Assembly (NCBI GenBank): GCA_965285935.1
Contig: OZ260665.1
Coordinates: 27,714,001 to 27,778,000, forward strand
Source: Ophelia neglecta
Lineage: Eukaryota
Reading direction: 5' to 3'
DNA: 64,000 nt
The notes beneath the pieces are model-generated. The model worked only from the letters and a program-made list of their open reading frames with translations, made no database searches and had not been told where the DNA came from. Numbering within the stretch: position 1 is the stretch's first letter; the number at the start of each line of letters is the position of its first letter. A program made the translations under genes and the position numbers. Below, in pieces: positions 44,136 through 59,400 of this stretch.

Positions 44136-44417
44136 GTAACTGAGTGATCCCTCAACCCGAACCTCCACTTTATCTCTTGAGTAACTGAGTGATCCCTTGA
44201 CCCACCTGCCACTTTATCTATTGAGTAACTGAGTGACCCCTCCACCCAATCGCCACATTATCTCTTGAGTAAATGACTGATCCCTCCACCTCAACCACCA
44301 CTCTCTCTCTTGAGTAACTGAGTGGTCCCTCAACCCCCGCCGCCACATTATCTCTTGAGTAACTGAGTGGTCCTTCCACCCCAACCCCCACTTTATTGCT
44401 TGAGTAACTGAGTGATC
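44136..44417. repeat. 44-45-bp degenerate minisatellite (~6 copies)
   Basis: GTAACTGAGTGATCCCT...TTATCTCTTGA. Confidence 0.85.
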
Positions 44418-44630
44418 ATTTATGCATCTGATCCCCTAAAATGCTATGTCCATACACAAGCATGTTCACAGTGTCTTGATGGTGCTGACCCTCTGCAGTT
44501 TAGGATAGTCGCCTGTGCCAGCTAGGCTATCAATTTAATATAAATCAACCTGGCTCATTAAAGACAAAGCAGTCAATATCTTATGGGTAGAAGTGGAGTG
44601 GGAAATACAATATTAACTCGCAATGACACT

Positions 44631-44700
44631 GTGAAATGTCGCATATAGACTGTCAAATGTCGCATATTGACTGTCAAATGTCGCATATAGACTGTCAAAT
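44631..44700. repeat. 21-bp tandem repeat (~3 copies)
   Basis: GTCAAATGTCGCATATAGACT. Confidence 0.85.
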
Positions 44701-47700
44701 ATCATCTGCCAAGACACTTTATAATTTAAACAAGGCCAGAAGGGGCACATGCCACTGCACCCATGAAGTTTACTCAGTGGAATGTGTGGAATAGATCTGT
44801 TTGGTCAGCACAGGTAGCTAACCACTGACTAATGAGTGGCCTGCTGACCTGTAAATAAACAAGTAAACACCTGTATTGAGCTGTTAGAGGTGGCTAACCA
44901 TCCCCTAGGACAAACCGCTTAGGAAATAATAAAGGTAAATCTGTGAATTGATGCCATCCAAAGGACTGTGAACTATCGGTCGGTTTAATGACCTTCAAAA
45001 AGAGGTCAAGGTCTATTTTAAGGTCACCAGTATTTCTGGCATATACGCCTCTCCATTATTGGTCAATATACACTTGAATGTCTATCATGCACTGTTCTGC
45101 CACCTCGAGGCACTGAAAATTAGGTCAGGACATAATCAAGGTTACCTATAGGTTTCTTGCATGTGACTTCACCAGTAGAACCCTTGCACATATGCCTGAG
45201 CACAAAATAACTATAATAAGCACTAAATTTACAATGGACGTTATTTTTTATCCTTTTTTAAGCAGTTTGGGTATAAAATACAGGAATTCCTGTACAGGAA
45301 TACCATTCAATCCGAATACTATTTAAAAGAATAAAATGGGACGAGTTATCCCGAATGTTGACAGACTTTCCTAGTACCCTAGCTCCCACAAAGGTATCAG
45401 ATGTCTATAATCCAAGTGGCCCTCTTTATTCAAGGCTAACAAGTTTACACTACACCCTTCTGCTGGCATCCAAACACCACTAGAGATGGGATTGATTTAC
45501 CCCAGGAACACCTCCAGGAAAACTAGCCAGATTCCACACCTAACCCACATGGACAAGTGGCTCTCAGCTGTGGCTGGGGAGGCAGTCAGGTACACAATAA
45601 CACATAACTTGGCTGGCTTTGTTAAGTATATACATCAGGGTTAAGGGTAGCCAAATCTGAGGGATGCCAAGATCACAAACTATATCTCTGTTAAAATGAG
45701 ATATTTTCTATATATATCTTTATTTTCAAGAATATCATTTTTATACTGATATTGACTGATTCCTTGTAGTGCAATTAAATCACCAATGCATTGCCAGTCT
45801 ATAGCTTTATATCACATTTTATATAGTATTTATTAAGGAGTTTTTTTCCAATTGTATTAAGAATGCAACTGTGTTGGACCAAATTGCCATTGAACAGACC
45901 CAATTAATGTGGTCAATAGTCAGTGCCAAATCCTTGGCTTTCAGTACACTTTAGGTTTGAGATCAATGCTGCCAATATCTGCAGGCTACATCAGCAAGAT
46001 AACATTACTTAAGTATGGGTGATCAAATGCAACCAACTTCCAAACACATTAAATGACAAGTGTGATAACCAAGCTCATATGGACTGATGTCCTTAATAAT
46101 CCAACCCACCCCCACCCAGCCCCAGGGTAGGAGAAAAGCGTCTCTGAGCACAAAATAAAGGAGATGTGTTTAATTACAATATTAATTTTCTGGGAAGTGT
46201 ACTGAACTGCTTTGCCTAAGGATATAAGTTATCTTGGTAACAGAAGCACCACTGTGATTATTGTCATCAAATCTTAGACAGATTACATCTCTGAGATGTG
46301 GCATTAACTACAAATAAGTAGTTATAATATTGTTAGGCTGATATATAGCCCGAGGATGTTCTTTCTTGTGTAAACAATGCTGAATTACACTTCCAGATGG
46401 AATCTTGTTATTTGTTAGGGAAATGTTGAGGTCAGTTCCAGGAATGCTTTTCCAGGCCAATATATTATAGGTGATTACCATATCATGGTTCCTCCTAGCA
46501 ACAAATGAATAATTTGTTTTGGCTACATGGTGTTCCTAAATGAACCCATGTTACCTGCAAGCAAAGCAGTGACTCTGCACATTAAATTAAGATAATATAA
46601 ACAAGTGGTGGGTGTATCCAAAAACTGATGGGTGTATCCAATCTGACCCACTAATGGTCTCCTGACCGCAGGGTCAACAGGACAGGCTTGGTAGATAAAC
46701 AGCAAATTATTTATGATCAGAAAAGTTCTTAAATCAGTGTGAATTCCTCAGGAACTGAAGTAGACTTGGTAGATCAGCCAAACTGTATATTATGATTGAA
46801 ACACTGTAGACACTAATATGAAATGAATTGCATTGGCTCTAATGGATTTTCTGGAGTCTGATAATTTACCCAGAGCAAAATATGTTTGTTACTTTGGGTG
46901 CAGCAACTGTAAGTAACAAAAAACCAATACAAATATATTCACTTATTACATAAATTCCTGTCAATTAAACCTGTGAAATCACTTTTAATTATCAATGCAA
47001 GATTTATTTCATAGGAATTTGAGAGTGTCAAAATCTCGGTGATGAAAGAGGAAATTTGAAAGACGTACAGCACAAACTCTGGGGAGGGGTCATATCAGCC
47101 CTCTGAAAACAAAATATTATGCAAATCTGTTTGCTATATCAAGACACTATGGAGGGTAAAGAAAGAATTATGCCATTTACACTTTAACAAAATCAATGAA
47201 ATGTTCTATTGAGACACATATTAATTTCATTATTATCGCAAGAGCACAAGATAGAATATTACAAATCTTAGTTGCTCCACCAACTCTTGAGTATGTTATT
47301 GGGATGCCAGCCTGGAGATCTATGAGACAAGCCAAGCAGTTTACAGTTGGCTGATCTTTAGACTGAAAGCAAAAGCATTAGCTCTTGCAAACTGGGAGTA
47401 TGTGTATGTACAGATGTATGGGTGGGGTGGGGATCGCAGCATGCTGGCATGTCTTATATATTTCCTTCCACACAAGTTTGTGTGTCGGGTATACTAGAGT
47501 TCCCTGTGTTATAAGTAATAACAAATAATCAGTTTTGGTAAATTTAACCATTTTTTTCTAAAGATTTAATAGGTTGACTTTTAACAAAGAACTCTCCTAG
47601 GATATTGGGGTATGTTATTAAAAAAAATGTACTGGCTCCAATACATGGCTGGTTTTATTGGCCCTCTGGACTTAAGCTACAAGTATATCAGAAAGAGAGC

Positions 47701-48242
47701 TGCTTTTAGGGGAGCATAGTACCCAACAGTGCTAAATGAGTGGATAGATTTTCATCAAGAAAGCATGTCCCTGAATAGACCAAACAAACAGTGTAAATCT
47801 ACGACTAGGAACATTTTGATTAGAGAGCCCTGACACAGACGACCTGTACTGATAAAAAGATGGCTATAACTGACAGTCCCAATGTCCTTCCAATAGATTT
47901 ATGTGGCGAGTGTCACTGATGCATGAAGCCTGCTGCTTTGCCACTTTCCAATTGCACACTGCCTACCTGCCTGCTTGGCCAATAGCAAGGGTAGAGAATT
48001 CACAAGATTAGCGGCATCTTCAGCAGCGGCAATTGTGTGCCAGCAATGCAGCGCGATAGCTGGCTCAGCTTACCTGAGGGGCTCAGTGTGGAGGAGCTGA
48101 CCACTGTTAATAGTCGTCTGCTGACACTGAACAAGGGCTGACATAGCTCAATAACACAGCAGTCTCCGCTCACAGTACAAACATCCTGTCACTTCAGGGT
48201 GCTAAATCCCTTGACGAGCAGGCGCTAATTGATTAGGAATAC

Positions 48243-48248
48243 TATAAA
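48243..48248 (+). promoter_or_regulatory. Putative TATA box of the lectin gene
   Basis: TATAAA ~320 nt upstream of ATG, TCAG Inr-like ~30 nt downstream, CCAAT at ~47979. Confidence 0.45.
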
Positions 48249-48560
48249 TTGGGTGTCAGAGCAGACAAAACCCAAATCAGAGCCAGGACTGACTTTCACA
48301 GCTGCGGAGAATACTAATAAGAGACAGTTTACGATAAAAATCTAAGGAACTTGAGTGAGTGACATTATTGGATATTGCATTATAGGTAAAGCTTTCTGAT
48401 AGCATGTTTTAAGCGAAAGCTTCATTCAAGTGGCCATTTGTGGTAACTTAAAAAGTGGACATTTTTACTGTTTTTTTCACTGTTTTTTTCTGGGGAGGAA
48501 GCTGCAAGTGATAAACTATAAGCCTAATTCTATGACTAAAGCTTGCCCGGTGTTGCTAAT

Positions 48561-49191
48561 ATGGGTTCACTGAAAGGTACGCTGTTCTGTCTGGTGGTGT
48601 TTGTGGTGACTGTGACTTCGAGAAAGTCCCGAGACTCTAGTTACCACCAGGCGGGGTATGCTGCATCAAGGAGTAGAGAGACCAGCAATAGCTGTACAGT
48701 ATACAAGGAGGGGTGTCAGTATCAGCTCACCCTGGCCAGCACCGACTGCATGTCACAAGACTCACCCATGACCCCCGACTTCAATCATATCATCAAATCA
48801 AAAACGCAACATGAGAAGGAAAAAAATCCTGAGGACGGAGTTACACTCAAGAAATTTGACGAACTGGAAAACAAGCTGACCAAACTGATGGAGGGGCTGT
48901 CGATTCGATCTCTGCGCCATATTCGGCAAATAAAAACGGATCTAAGAACAATGTCTAACACCATGAACCTGTTGAAAATGAAGGCTGGAGGAAAAAAGGG
49001 AAAAAATCGCATGCAGTGTCCCGAAGAGTTTGTGTCGGTGGGAACGTGGAGCTCATGTTACAGATTCTCCACCTTCAACGCCACCTGGGCAGAGGCCAGG
49101 GAATACTGCTCGGCGTTTGGCTCCAACTTGGTGTCCCTGGATACGATGAAAGAGGCCTATATCCTGGATTACCTCATCAAGTCTGACCCTG
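48561..49191 (+). CDS. Secreted C-type lectin domain protein, coding exon 1 (signal peptide, Cys motif, coiled coil, N-half of CTLD)
   Basis: ATG 48561, hydrophobic leader LFCLVVFVVTVT; CPEEF..SCYRF..TWAEAREYC...LVSL CTLD start; donor CCTG|gtaagt phase 1. Confidence 0.9.
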
Positions 49192-52100
49192 GTAAGTGTG
49201 CCGAGTCTTGTCCAAGTCAGTTTTAATAGGTCATTTTTCATTTTCTACTCTAAGGCTTACTGAAATGGCCTCACACATTTTTTCACAAATCCATTTAAGG
49301 TAATAGGCCCAAAATTTACTGAACAGATAGCATATTAAAGTGCTCAATTTGTTGCCTGACATTATGATAACACTGAAATCCGTACATTACATTACTGATT
49401 TGAAAGTGTCATTATATAGCTATGGCTACATCACGGAACAATGAAGACATCACTGAAATTGCTTTTTATTTTGTTCAGGCTTGAGAGGAAAAACTAACCT
49501 ATATGTATAATGTATTAATATAGGATCATATACTTTTTTATACATACACTGGCCCAGCTATGCCTGTTGGTTTTCTAATTGTAAATTTACTACACAAATG
49601 GCCAAATGAACAGTTAGGTTTTCATTGTCTTCATTTCCTGACAAGGGAACACTCTTTAAGACGAACAAGAGTTGTATAAATGATTATAAGACAGGGTGGA
49701 TGCAGAAATCATGGAGAGCTGCTTATTTAACTGTTTATTGACAGTTTCCAATGAGAAGCAATATCTGCATAAATTATCACAAATTGCAGAAGTTTAAAAA
49801 ATGGATTAAACTGTAAAATTAAACATTAATTTCAATGTTGAGACGCCAACAATGGTTCCTTAAAAACTGGAGCAATTGAGTTTCCGATTCATCAAATCAG
49901 TGATCTAACAAGCTGAGGAAAGAAATCCCCATACTACTTATTACGGTATATGCTATTTATGGGTATATTTACAGAGCGCACTCAGACATTTATGTCAAAA
50001 TTAAGGGATCAGTCAAGTGGTCCAATCTCAGCACTTCATTTTGTCCTAGTTGCACTATTTTTCTGGTGTATTTATACATCCTGAGTTGTGTGATATGTCA
50101 ACTAATGTAGCAGTGAATCAGCTAATAATTAATTTGAAAACTAGGGACACGATACTAGTAGGTTGTGTTAATCATTAAGGCTCCCCTTTTAACCACCAAG
50201 GTTGATGAGCAGGGGAATCATCTACAAACTATACTTTAGGTCCAGTTTCAATCATATGAACACAATAAAATGTGTGAAGTCCAGTTTGGTCAGTTTGTGA
50301 TCTTCTACCATTCAAACACATTAAAAATCATTTTAAAAAAACAATAAAAAGTAAAAAAAAATCAAAACTTAACATCATTCTATTATATAACCCAGAGTAA
50401 ACATTAATATATTTAGAGAGTCTCATCAGGAGCAGGGGCAGAAGGCACAATTCTCAGACGGAAAAGCCACAATTTTAAACTAATAAGCAATACAAATTGT
50501 ATTAATATCTTTTGAATCATAGTAATTTGAGGCACCATGGTAAAAATCAACAGCAGACCCTCCAATACTAAATATCTATATAATTCTGATACCATTACTA
50601 CATGTTAATAAAGCAAAGTTAAAGACATTAAATGGCCCATATGGTGCTTATGAAACTTTAAACCCCAAAAATACAAATCCCATGGTAAGAATTTCAGGTT
50701 GAATATGAAGAGAATCCATTATCAACAGGTAGAAAGGCAAGAGCTGCACTTCAAAAAAAGTTGACTGAGGATAGACTCTGATGGAGAATCAGTAATACCA
50801 TCAACTTCACTTCACTCCGCAAAGTGGGACATAAGTTGATAAATTAGAAAAAGTTAATACATATTTTTCATACATTTTACAGTAAAAAAGAAAAGGGCTG
50901 GAAAGTGGATTAACAATTTTCTATTCTTCCAAGGTGCTGATGTTCACATTTTATTGCATGTTTTCATTCATCAATCTGCACACATTCTCAGCACAAGCCA
51001 TGTCGAGAGACAAGGAGTGGCCACAATTTATTTCTAGAGGGTGATGTTGGTGAACCAGGCCCACCAGACCAATTTTCATCCCCATGGAGGTAGCCACTGA
51101 TTGGTCTGCAGAGGTTTAGGTGGCCATTTTAAGTGGTAGGAGACCACTTGATCAGCATCAGAATAGTCACCCACCAATCTGAGCATGCAAAGTAGCTCCT
51201 CAAATGATATCCAAAGTGCTGGGAATCCTATTTCCAATTGAAAAATCATTAAACTGCCAGCTGCCGGTAACAATGGTGATTTAGTACCAAAAACTAGGGC
51301 TATAGGGACAGATTAATTCCATGTTATTTTGATGCAGGCTGTTTAGCTTGAATTTGTGATGAATAGGCTATTTTAGCTACTTCAGCTTTTGTGTTTATCT
51401 CTCATTTGAATACACAAATAGTTTGAAATTTATTCTTTTACTATTCTTCACCACTTTTTTCTTTCAATGAACAAACACAATTTTTTTTTGCATCTGTCGG
51501 GCCGGAAGCCCCTATGTGGGTGTTTATCTAAATCATGACTGACCTAACCTGACCTAAATAGGGTTTTCCATTACAGCAAGGCTGCATTCAAGGAAGAAAA
51601 ACATTTGATTAAGATAACGTCAACATTTTAACAACCCTGTGTCTCTGCATAGATACGTCACATGCAATGGGTTTGAATGACAAACACTGATTTGTGCTAT
51701 TAATTTCAACTGAAAGAGTCGAAACCAAACTTTTCTTTGAGATAAAATATCGTTAATGTCAAAATCAAATCTGTGCCATGAATAATCAGGAGGGTACTTA
51801 TATTTACCTACGAGGGAAGCCCTAACACAGAATTTTATATGCTTACCAGAAGGCAAGTCAAAATGCCCTGAGAACATTACATATGAGCGGGTGGTTCCTT
51901 ACAAGGCCTGCTCCTTTGGTCAACTGGTGCAGGGTCACCAGCCAGCCAATTGACACTGACCATTTATATGGACCTGCCTTACCCCAGGGCGAACGCCGAG
52001 TGTGCCGAGTACAGTGCGTTACACAGTTGAAAAAACAGGCACATTTGAATCATGGGCATTTAAGTTATGGATTTTTTTAATCATAGGGAAGAGCCACGTC

Positions 52101-53811
52101 CTGATAAACTGACAGTGAAGCCTGATTTATGGGAAAGTGCTAGGACTTGGTAAATGAAATGCTTTATCCCAGAAAACGGAGAAATGTCAAATAGCGAGTC
52201 ATGATGCAATGTTTTGTGTCATTTAGTTTCAATGTAGGCTACATTGTTTTCTTTAGTCTTTTAGAGAAAAAGTCTTATGCTTCACCTTATAAAAGGTATT
52301 GACACCTCCCAGTAGAGATGCTTCCAAAACACTTGTGGCTAACTTCAGCAGCAGCCACAAGGCTAGATCCAGTATGGGCTATCAATATACATGCACAAAA
52401 GTAGAGCCATTATAGGATATTGGGTGTTGCCATATGACCTCCGCCCCATTACCAGTAGATTACTGGCGGCGATGCCCTGTAAATGGAGTGATCTTTCATG
52501 TCCAAAGCCAGACTGAAGCCCTCTAGACAAGACAACTTGTAATCTATGTACTTCCCTTCCGACCATAGTCAGACAAAAACATAGTGCCATTAGAGCCTGC
52601 TATTTATCCAAACACAACATCATTTAGGTGAGAAATCCATCAATTATTGAGCCCACATCATGTAAGACCTATAACTTCATAATCTGAAGAAAAAATAAGC
52701 CTAGTCTAGTCACACACACCTCCCAGGAGATAGAAGATTCTCATGTGGAAAGAGTCCTCTCGATACCAAGGCTTCAGGCCGTATTGACCCCCAAACCCTG
52801 AGGCCTTCATCCTGTAAATGTCTGTCCACCACAGGAAACAAAAATCACTAACCTTCGATCCTACAGCCACAGTTCCTGTATACCCTTTAGATCCATTTTA
52901 ACCTGCTTCAGGGCAGCAAAGGTCCAGTGTTAATGGATATCTACTGAACTAGCTAAGTTTCTATAAATAAGTTCTCACAATTAACATAAAGCAGTTTTGC
53001 ATGATAAAAAAATGACAAAACCTTCAGTAGAGAACCACAAATAATGAATGTGCCAGATTAAAACAAAGAGACTGTGAATGACTGTAAAATTAGTTTAAGG
53101 GGCCATGTTACCCACACTGGAGAACTATGTTGTTTTCCTACTGCTGCATATTCAAAACTTTCCTTAACATGTTAGGTGGCAAACCATATTTATGCAGATT
53201 GCCGCCTTTAAAGTGCCATAAGAACAAGCATATTTTCCTAAGGTTCCTAAATATTTTCTGAAAGGGCAGAACCACAGCAATGATATAAAACAAAGTCCAG
53301 TGAAATACGGGCTGATAAGGTTAACAAGCACTTTTCCAATACAAAATACCAGACACACGATAAAGCTTTAATGGCCCTTGGCACTCTACCTACATCAAAA
53401 TAAGGGCCAATATTAGAGGCCTTTGGCACAGAGCATCCACCCTATTTAGTCCTGTTCTGATAAACTTTGATCAAAATATAGTTGAACCTGTTTTCACCAT
53501 TCACCCAGATTCAGTTTGGTCTATGTTCACAAAGGTGGAGAGATGTATATATAATTACATATATATATATATGCACCTGCCTTAGCATTGTTTTGTGCCC
53601 CATAGCAGACATTGATAGCCATAAGCTTCCTTGGCTTTCCTGTCAGATAGACTGACAGTAAATCAATCATGGGATCATCAGGGGCAGATAGAGACAGAGC
53701 GAGGGGGTCAGAGGGTCAGGATTCCTGTTGCCAAGGTACTCATACCTCCACCTTTATTAAATGAGCAAAGGGGGTAAGCTCATTTGGGGTTGTAGAAAAG
53801 AACAACTGCCC

Positions 53812-54770
53812 TAGCCTACATCCCTGCCCTGTCCCCTGAGCTAGACCCCTCACTCACAATCTCCCCCTGTATCATCCTCACTCTGCCTCATGGTACACAC
53901 CACTCAGCACCCCTCCCACAGCCTACAGCCTACATCCCTGCCCTGTCCCCTGAGCTAGACCCCTCACTTACAATCTCCCCCTGTATCATCCTCACTCTGC
54001 CTCATGGTACACACGACTCAGCACCCCTCCCACAGCCTACATCCCTGCCCTGTCCCCTGAGCTAGACCCCTTACTCACAATCTCCCCCTGTATCATCCTC
54101 ACTCTGCCTCATGGTACTCACAACTCAGCACCCCTCCCACAGCCTACATCCCTGCCCTGTCCCCTGAGCTAGACCCCTTACTCACAATCTCCCCCTGTAT
54201 CATCCCCACTCTGCCTCATGGTACACACCACTCAGCACCCCTCCCACAGCCTACATCCCTGCCCTCTCCCCTGAGCTAGACCCCTCACTCACAATCTCCC
54301 CATGTATCATCCCCACTCTGCCTCATGGTACACACCACTCAGCACCCCTCCCACAGCCTACATCCCTGCCCTCTCCCCTGAGCTAGACCCCTCACTCACA
54401 ATCTCCCCCTGTATCATCCTCACTCTGCCTCATGGTACACACCACTCAGCACCCCTCCCACAGCCTACATCCCTGCCCTGTCCCCTGAGCTAGACCCCTT
54501 ACTCACAATCTCCCCCTGTATCATCCTCACTCTGCCTCATGGTACACACCACTCAGCACCCCTCCCACAGCCTACATCCCTGCCCTGTCCCCTGAGCTAG
54601 ACCCCCTCACTCACAATCTCCCCATGTATCATCCTCACTCTGCCTCATGGTACACCCGACTCAGCACCCCTCCCACAGCCTACATCCCTGACCTGTCCCC
54701 TGAGCTAGACCCCTCACTTACAATCTCCCCCTGTATCATCCTCACTCTGCCTCATGGTACACACGACTCA
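53812..54770. repeat. 107-bp minisatellite (~9 copies)
   Basis: CAGCCTACATCCCTGCCCTGTCCCCTGAGCTAGACCCC...CCCCTCCCA, C-rich on plus strand. Confidence 0.95.
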
Positions 54771-56315
54771 ATGGACAGAGAAACACTTGTAACTGTGTAA
54801 CAACCTCAAGCTACATGTTTGGTTGTATATCATACCTTTAGTGTTTTTTTCCTTCACATGGCATGATAATCATCACATATCCTCATTGTACTAAACTACT
54901 ATTTTAAAGATTACTATCCTGAGATCAGCCTTTGCCCAGATGAGTAGAATGCCTCAGTCCCCAACATGTAAGCCATAGCCTAATACAACTTGCAAATGGA
55001 TTTTATAAAATTCTACTGTTATTGGCAAAATGTTGTTGTGGAATGGTAGGTTTTTCTGTTTTATGGCTATTATGTAAAAAAAACAAAAAACATCAGAAAT
55101 CTTGACAATTCTTTAACACAGTATATGTAAATTACTGCATGTATTGTAAGGAGCAAATAATAAGCTAACAGTAAAACACATTCGTACAAACCATCTTTTA
55201 GGCCAGTACACTGTATAGGGCCCAGGAGGGGTGTAGGTATTTTTGGCTAGTTTTAGACTGTTTAAGGGTCCTGCATGGTCCTGTGTTTTTCACATGTCCT
55301 GGTATGAAGACATAGGCTTCAACAAAGCCCTAAGGTTATATTATAAAGTTGTTGATAGTAAAAAGTAGGATTTTTCAAATCTTTTCAGCACATTACCTTT
55401 TAAACTCTAATATACACCAAGATAGGGAGGCCACCCCAAACATAGAGCTGCTGCTAACCACATACCTAGCGTTGTGATGGCACAGACTGCTCAGCTGAAA
55501 TAAGACTGTTGAGGACCTGCAGCTTTACAATATGTGTCTAGGAAAGTATAATTAAAGCTAATTGTGTTGATGGTAGGTAACTGTAAATGAGCCCCCTACC
55601 CCTCAGCAGAACATGTCAAAACACATACACCAACAGCACAAGTTATAATATCACTGACATGCTGTGTAAGCCTAAACAACACATTGGCCGACTGTGTGCT
55701 GGACTCAACGTACTCACTGTTTTCTGTGAGCCTGTTGCCAGACTGTCATAGCTCAATGTTCACAAAATAGAACTGGATGGAGGTGAAAAAACAATGGGAG
55801 CGAGGGAAAAGGAAAGGAGAAGGCCACAAGCTCATGCTGTTCAATAACATTGGCTGTGGCTTTGCCCGGAGAAGAATGGTAAGGTGATTCTCTGACGAAA
55901 ACTGTGGCTATGCATCTTAACCAACATATATTTCAATTGGTGATAAAAAAAGGACTGGGTAGCAGGCAGACCTTTCCAAACCACAGGCCACTGCTGCTAC
56001 ACAGGAAGTCAAAGCTTTCAATGCTACTTGTTGGCACTTCTACCAGTATTTGCCATTGCTCCAACAAAAGTGTAGATACCTAATGCTTGCTGCTGATACA
56101 GGGGTGCCAGTAATTACCTGGTGGCAGTGCTAGGACAGTGGGTGTTTAGATACAAGGTGCAGGGTTTCCCAGATAAAGGGGTGTCCTATTCCAGGGTCTG
56201 CTCACCTGTCCACCACCTTCTGTCTCTTATCACCTGGCATTAGACCCAACAGTGCTCATGAGGCAGCCAGAAGACTGATCCAGAGGAGGCACAGGGGGGG
56301 GGGGGGGGCATGGAT

Positions 56316-56478
56316 GGAGCCAGAGGACCAGGAGGTTCTCAGGAGGTACTGGGAGGCAGGGGCGGAGCCAGGAGACCAGGAGGTTCTCAGGAGGTACTGG
56401 GAGGCAGGGGATTAAGCCAGAGGGCCAGAATGTTCTCAGGAGTCACTTGGAGGCAGGGATGGAGCATGAGGACCAGAG
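56316..56478. repeat. 48-bp tandem repeat (~3 copies) next to a poly-G run
   Basis: GGAGCCAGAGGACCAGGAGGTTCTCAGGAGGTACTGGGAGGCAGGG. Confidence 0.8.
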
Positions 56479-59400
56479 TTGATGGTACCTAGCAGCTCTG
56501 AGAACCCCATGTTAGATGTGAGAACCAGTTTACATATATAACATAGAGGCATTGACCTTTGCCATATGGGTTTTGTGTAGTCACTTCTCACGACCTTTGG
56601 TCTACCGCAGCACCATTCAGCTCACTATCTTGAGTCTTCCTTGTTGGCCTGTCCAGCTTAGGCATTAAAATGTAATCTTATCCACAGTGAGTGCTGCCAA
56701 TTGAAGGGATTTGTCACAATTCACTGATGTGAAATGGCCAATTTCCCAGCCATACTGCCAAAGCTAAAGAGCCTGTCGGATAAGAATGTATTGGAATGGT
56801 GGTTCTTGCAGATTTCATGGATTTCTCACCCTACCGTTCACAATTTCTGGCAATGAATGCAAACCAACTGCCTCAGCCCTGAACTTGACTGATAGCTAAG
56901 GTCTGGAGACAGAGACAGAGACTTGGAAACACCTGTATCTGCAGCAGTAAACAGCTGTCCTGAGGAGAGCCACAACCTCCTGCTGGAAACTGCCTCTCCA
57001 TTACCAGCAAGGCCTGACTGGTTCTCAATAGAATGCTGCCATATAACTGTATTTACTTTATTAATACCACAATATACAGGATCAGTAAGTGTGAGGGAGG
57101 ATTCAAATAAATCAAATTTCCCTATCACTTCTGAGCAAATATTTGCACAGTTTAAGGTGATTGAATCCATAACAAATAATGTGGTATTTAATTTTCGATC
57201 CAGCCCAGTGGTCCATCTTCGCCACTAAAGGGAGGGTGGGGAGAGGAGAGGGTTCATCTTACATCAAAACTATTAATCATCTTGTATAGATGGTTATGAC
57301 TGGTATTTCAAACTGTTGTACTACTTCCTGGCTTGAAAAAGATAAAAACTCCTGAATGGGCTGCCAAATATGTCTGTCAGGATGTGCTCTCAAAGTCAAC
57401 CTATGTCGTTCAGTGGAAAAAAATCTAGAAAATGGCACACTGGCCTGACAATACTACCAGAAGCTTTTCCTATACATCCTGGGTTGATTTTATACGAATG
57501 AGTTTGTCAACCAGTGGTTGAGTTAAAAATTTCCTCCTATAAAATTATGAAATTCCTGCTGTTAGGTGAGTGCAGGCCAGACAGTCCAGAGAATTTTTAC
57601 CGAAAGTTCAATGATAGCTCACTGGGATGATTTGCACACAAAAATTCTTCCACATGGTGAACCATAACATTTATTCTTGCAAACAAAAATAAAATATTCA
57701 GTGAATAATGAGAGTAAAGGCCACTTTGGATCCAGAATTTTAACTGGTGGCTCTGACATTTAAGAGGCAGATAACATGGGGGTCCTGTGGTGGGGTCTCC
57801 ACTCTCAGGTCAATAGGAGTCAATGGCAGGTATGATATACAAGGGAAAAAGTAATTTATACCTGCCTGGCCCAGGAGAGTGGGCTCCCATACTGCTTAAC
57901 AGGCAGGCACTCAGAAACTCACAAAAATAACTGTGAATCTATATCTCCAGGGAGAAATATGAAGAGCAAAGTGGAAAAAATATGTATATTTATGTGCAAG
58001 TGGTCGTAAGAAAGAATGTCAATACTTAACAACCAGTTTACATGTAAAGGTTCACTATTTTAAGCTAATATGACCTTATAAACAATCCAGGGAGTCACCT
58101 ACATGTTTAGGGAACCCCATGTGTAATTTATGTATATTGATATAGTGTTTAGCTTCCATGAAACTCAAATTTCAGGCTGGATATATATAATAATCAGACC
58201 TATGGGTCTAACATTCATCAGTGTGAGAGCTCAGGTTTAGTAGTGATCATGCACAAAGGTTCTGATTCATAGAGAGAGACAGTTTGTTTTGAGCTGTGCC
58301 TGACAATAATTTGAGTAGTTGAGTCCTTGAAGAGGGGTGCCCGGAGAGTATTACAGCAGGAGGATCAGATGTCTGCACATCAAAGGCAGCCCCTTGACAG
58401 CTACAAATATCACTCCTACAACATTCACTTATATACAAAGAAACAACAAATCCCAACAGCATTCTGAAGTCTAAACGGTGCTCCTCTACATCAAAGCCAT
58501 TGCTCAATCTTCACTATAATGCTCAATACACAGACGCTCAAATTCTTGGCCTATTTCCATCTCTTTGTAATGTTTTGCTTTTTTATCACTTGCTACTATT
58601 TTCGATAATAAAAAGTCGCACAGACAATTAATATTTGTTTCAACCACCACTAGACATTATTCTACTTGTTAGTGGTTTGGCTCAATGTAAGGTTTTTTGC
58701 TGCTCATAAAAAAGAAAAAAAGGGCCTTCAGGCAAGTATTTAATCCCAATAGGTATGCAAACAACCATGTATTAAACCCAGCTCGGATCATTCCAACTAC
58801 CCTGGTCTTTGGTACCTACATGCTGAGAGAATAGGTGTGCAAATTAAAGTCATAAATACAAACCTTGTAATGTGGTGGGCATTCTGTTATATGATACAGC
58901 GAGTCCTGACATCTAACTTTATTTTGTAACAGGTCACTCACTGTATTTAACATATTTTTGTGATGTCCCACTATTGTTCATTCCGTTCACTAAGAATCAT
59001 GTATCTACTGAACACAGTAGATTCATAAACTGTCTCGTGTGTACATGTATATATACAAAACTACTGGAACTGTCTTGTGTACCTAGCCCTGCCTATGGAT
59101 GTTATACAACACAATATTTCAAATAACAGAAAGCGAACAGATATATTCATAGCACCAAATTTCCTTGGCAATATGGCAATAAAAACTACTAATCTCCTGT
59201 TACGCATTCATTCTCTATTGAATATACACACTTACGGTAACAACTACTTTCTGGTACTAAATAGGGATGACGGCATGTATCTAATGTTGGTGGGACATTT
59301 TATTTGTTGCAAAATGAACAAAATGAACAAAAAGTATGACAGATGTACAAAAATATAATAACAATTTATGAAACAACTGGCATATATTGAATTGTCTGTG

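Noticed and set aside
40374-48200. Short ORFs as possible missing ADGRV1 exons or a further gene
   Set aside because: No Calx-beta/LamG motifs, no convincing splice-phase chain, no recognisable domain
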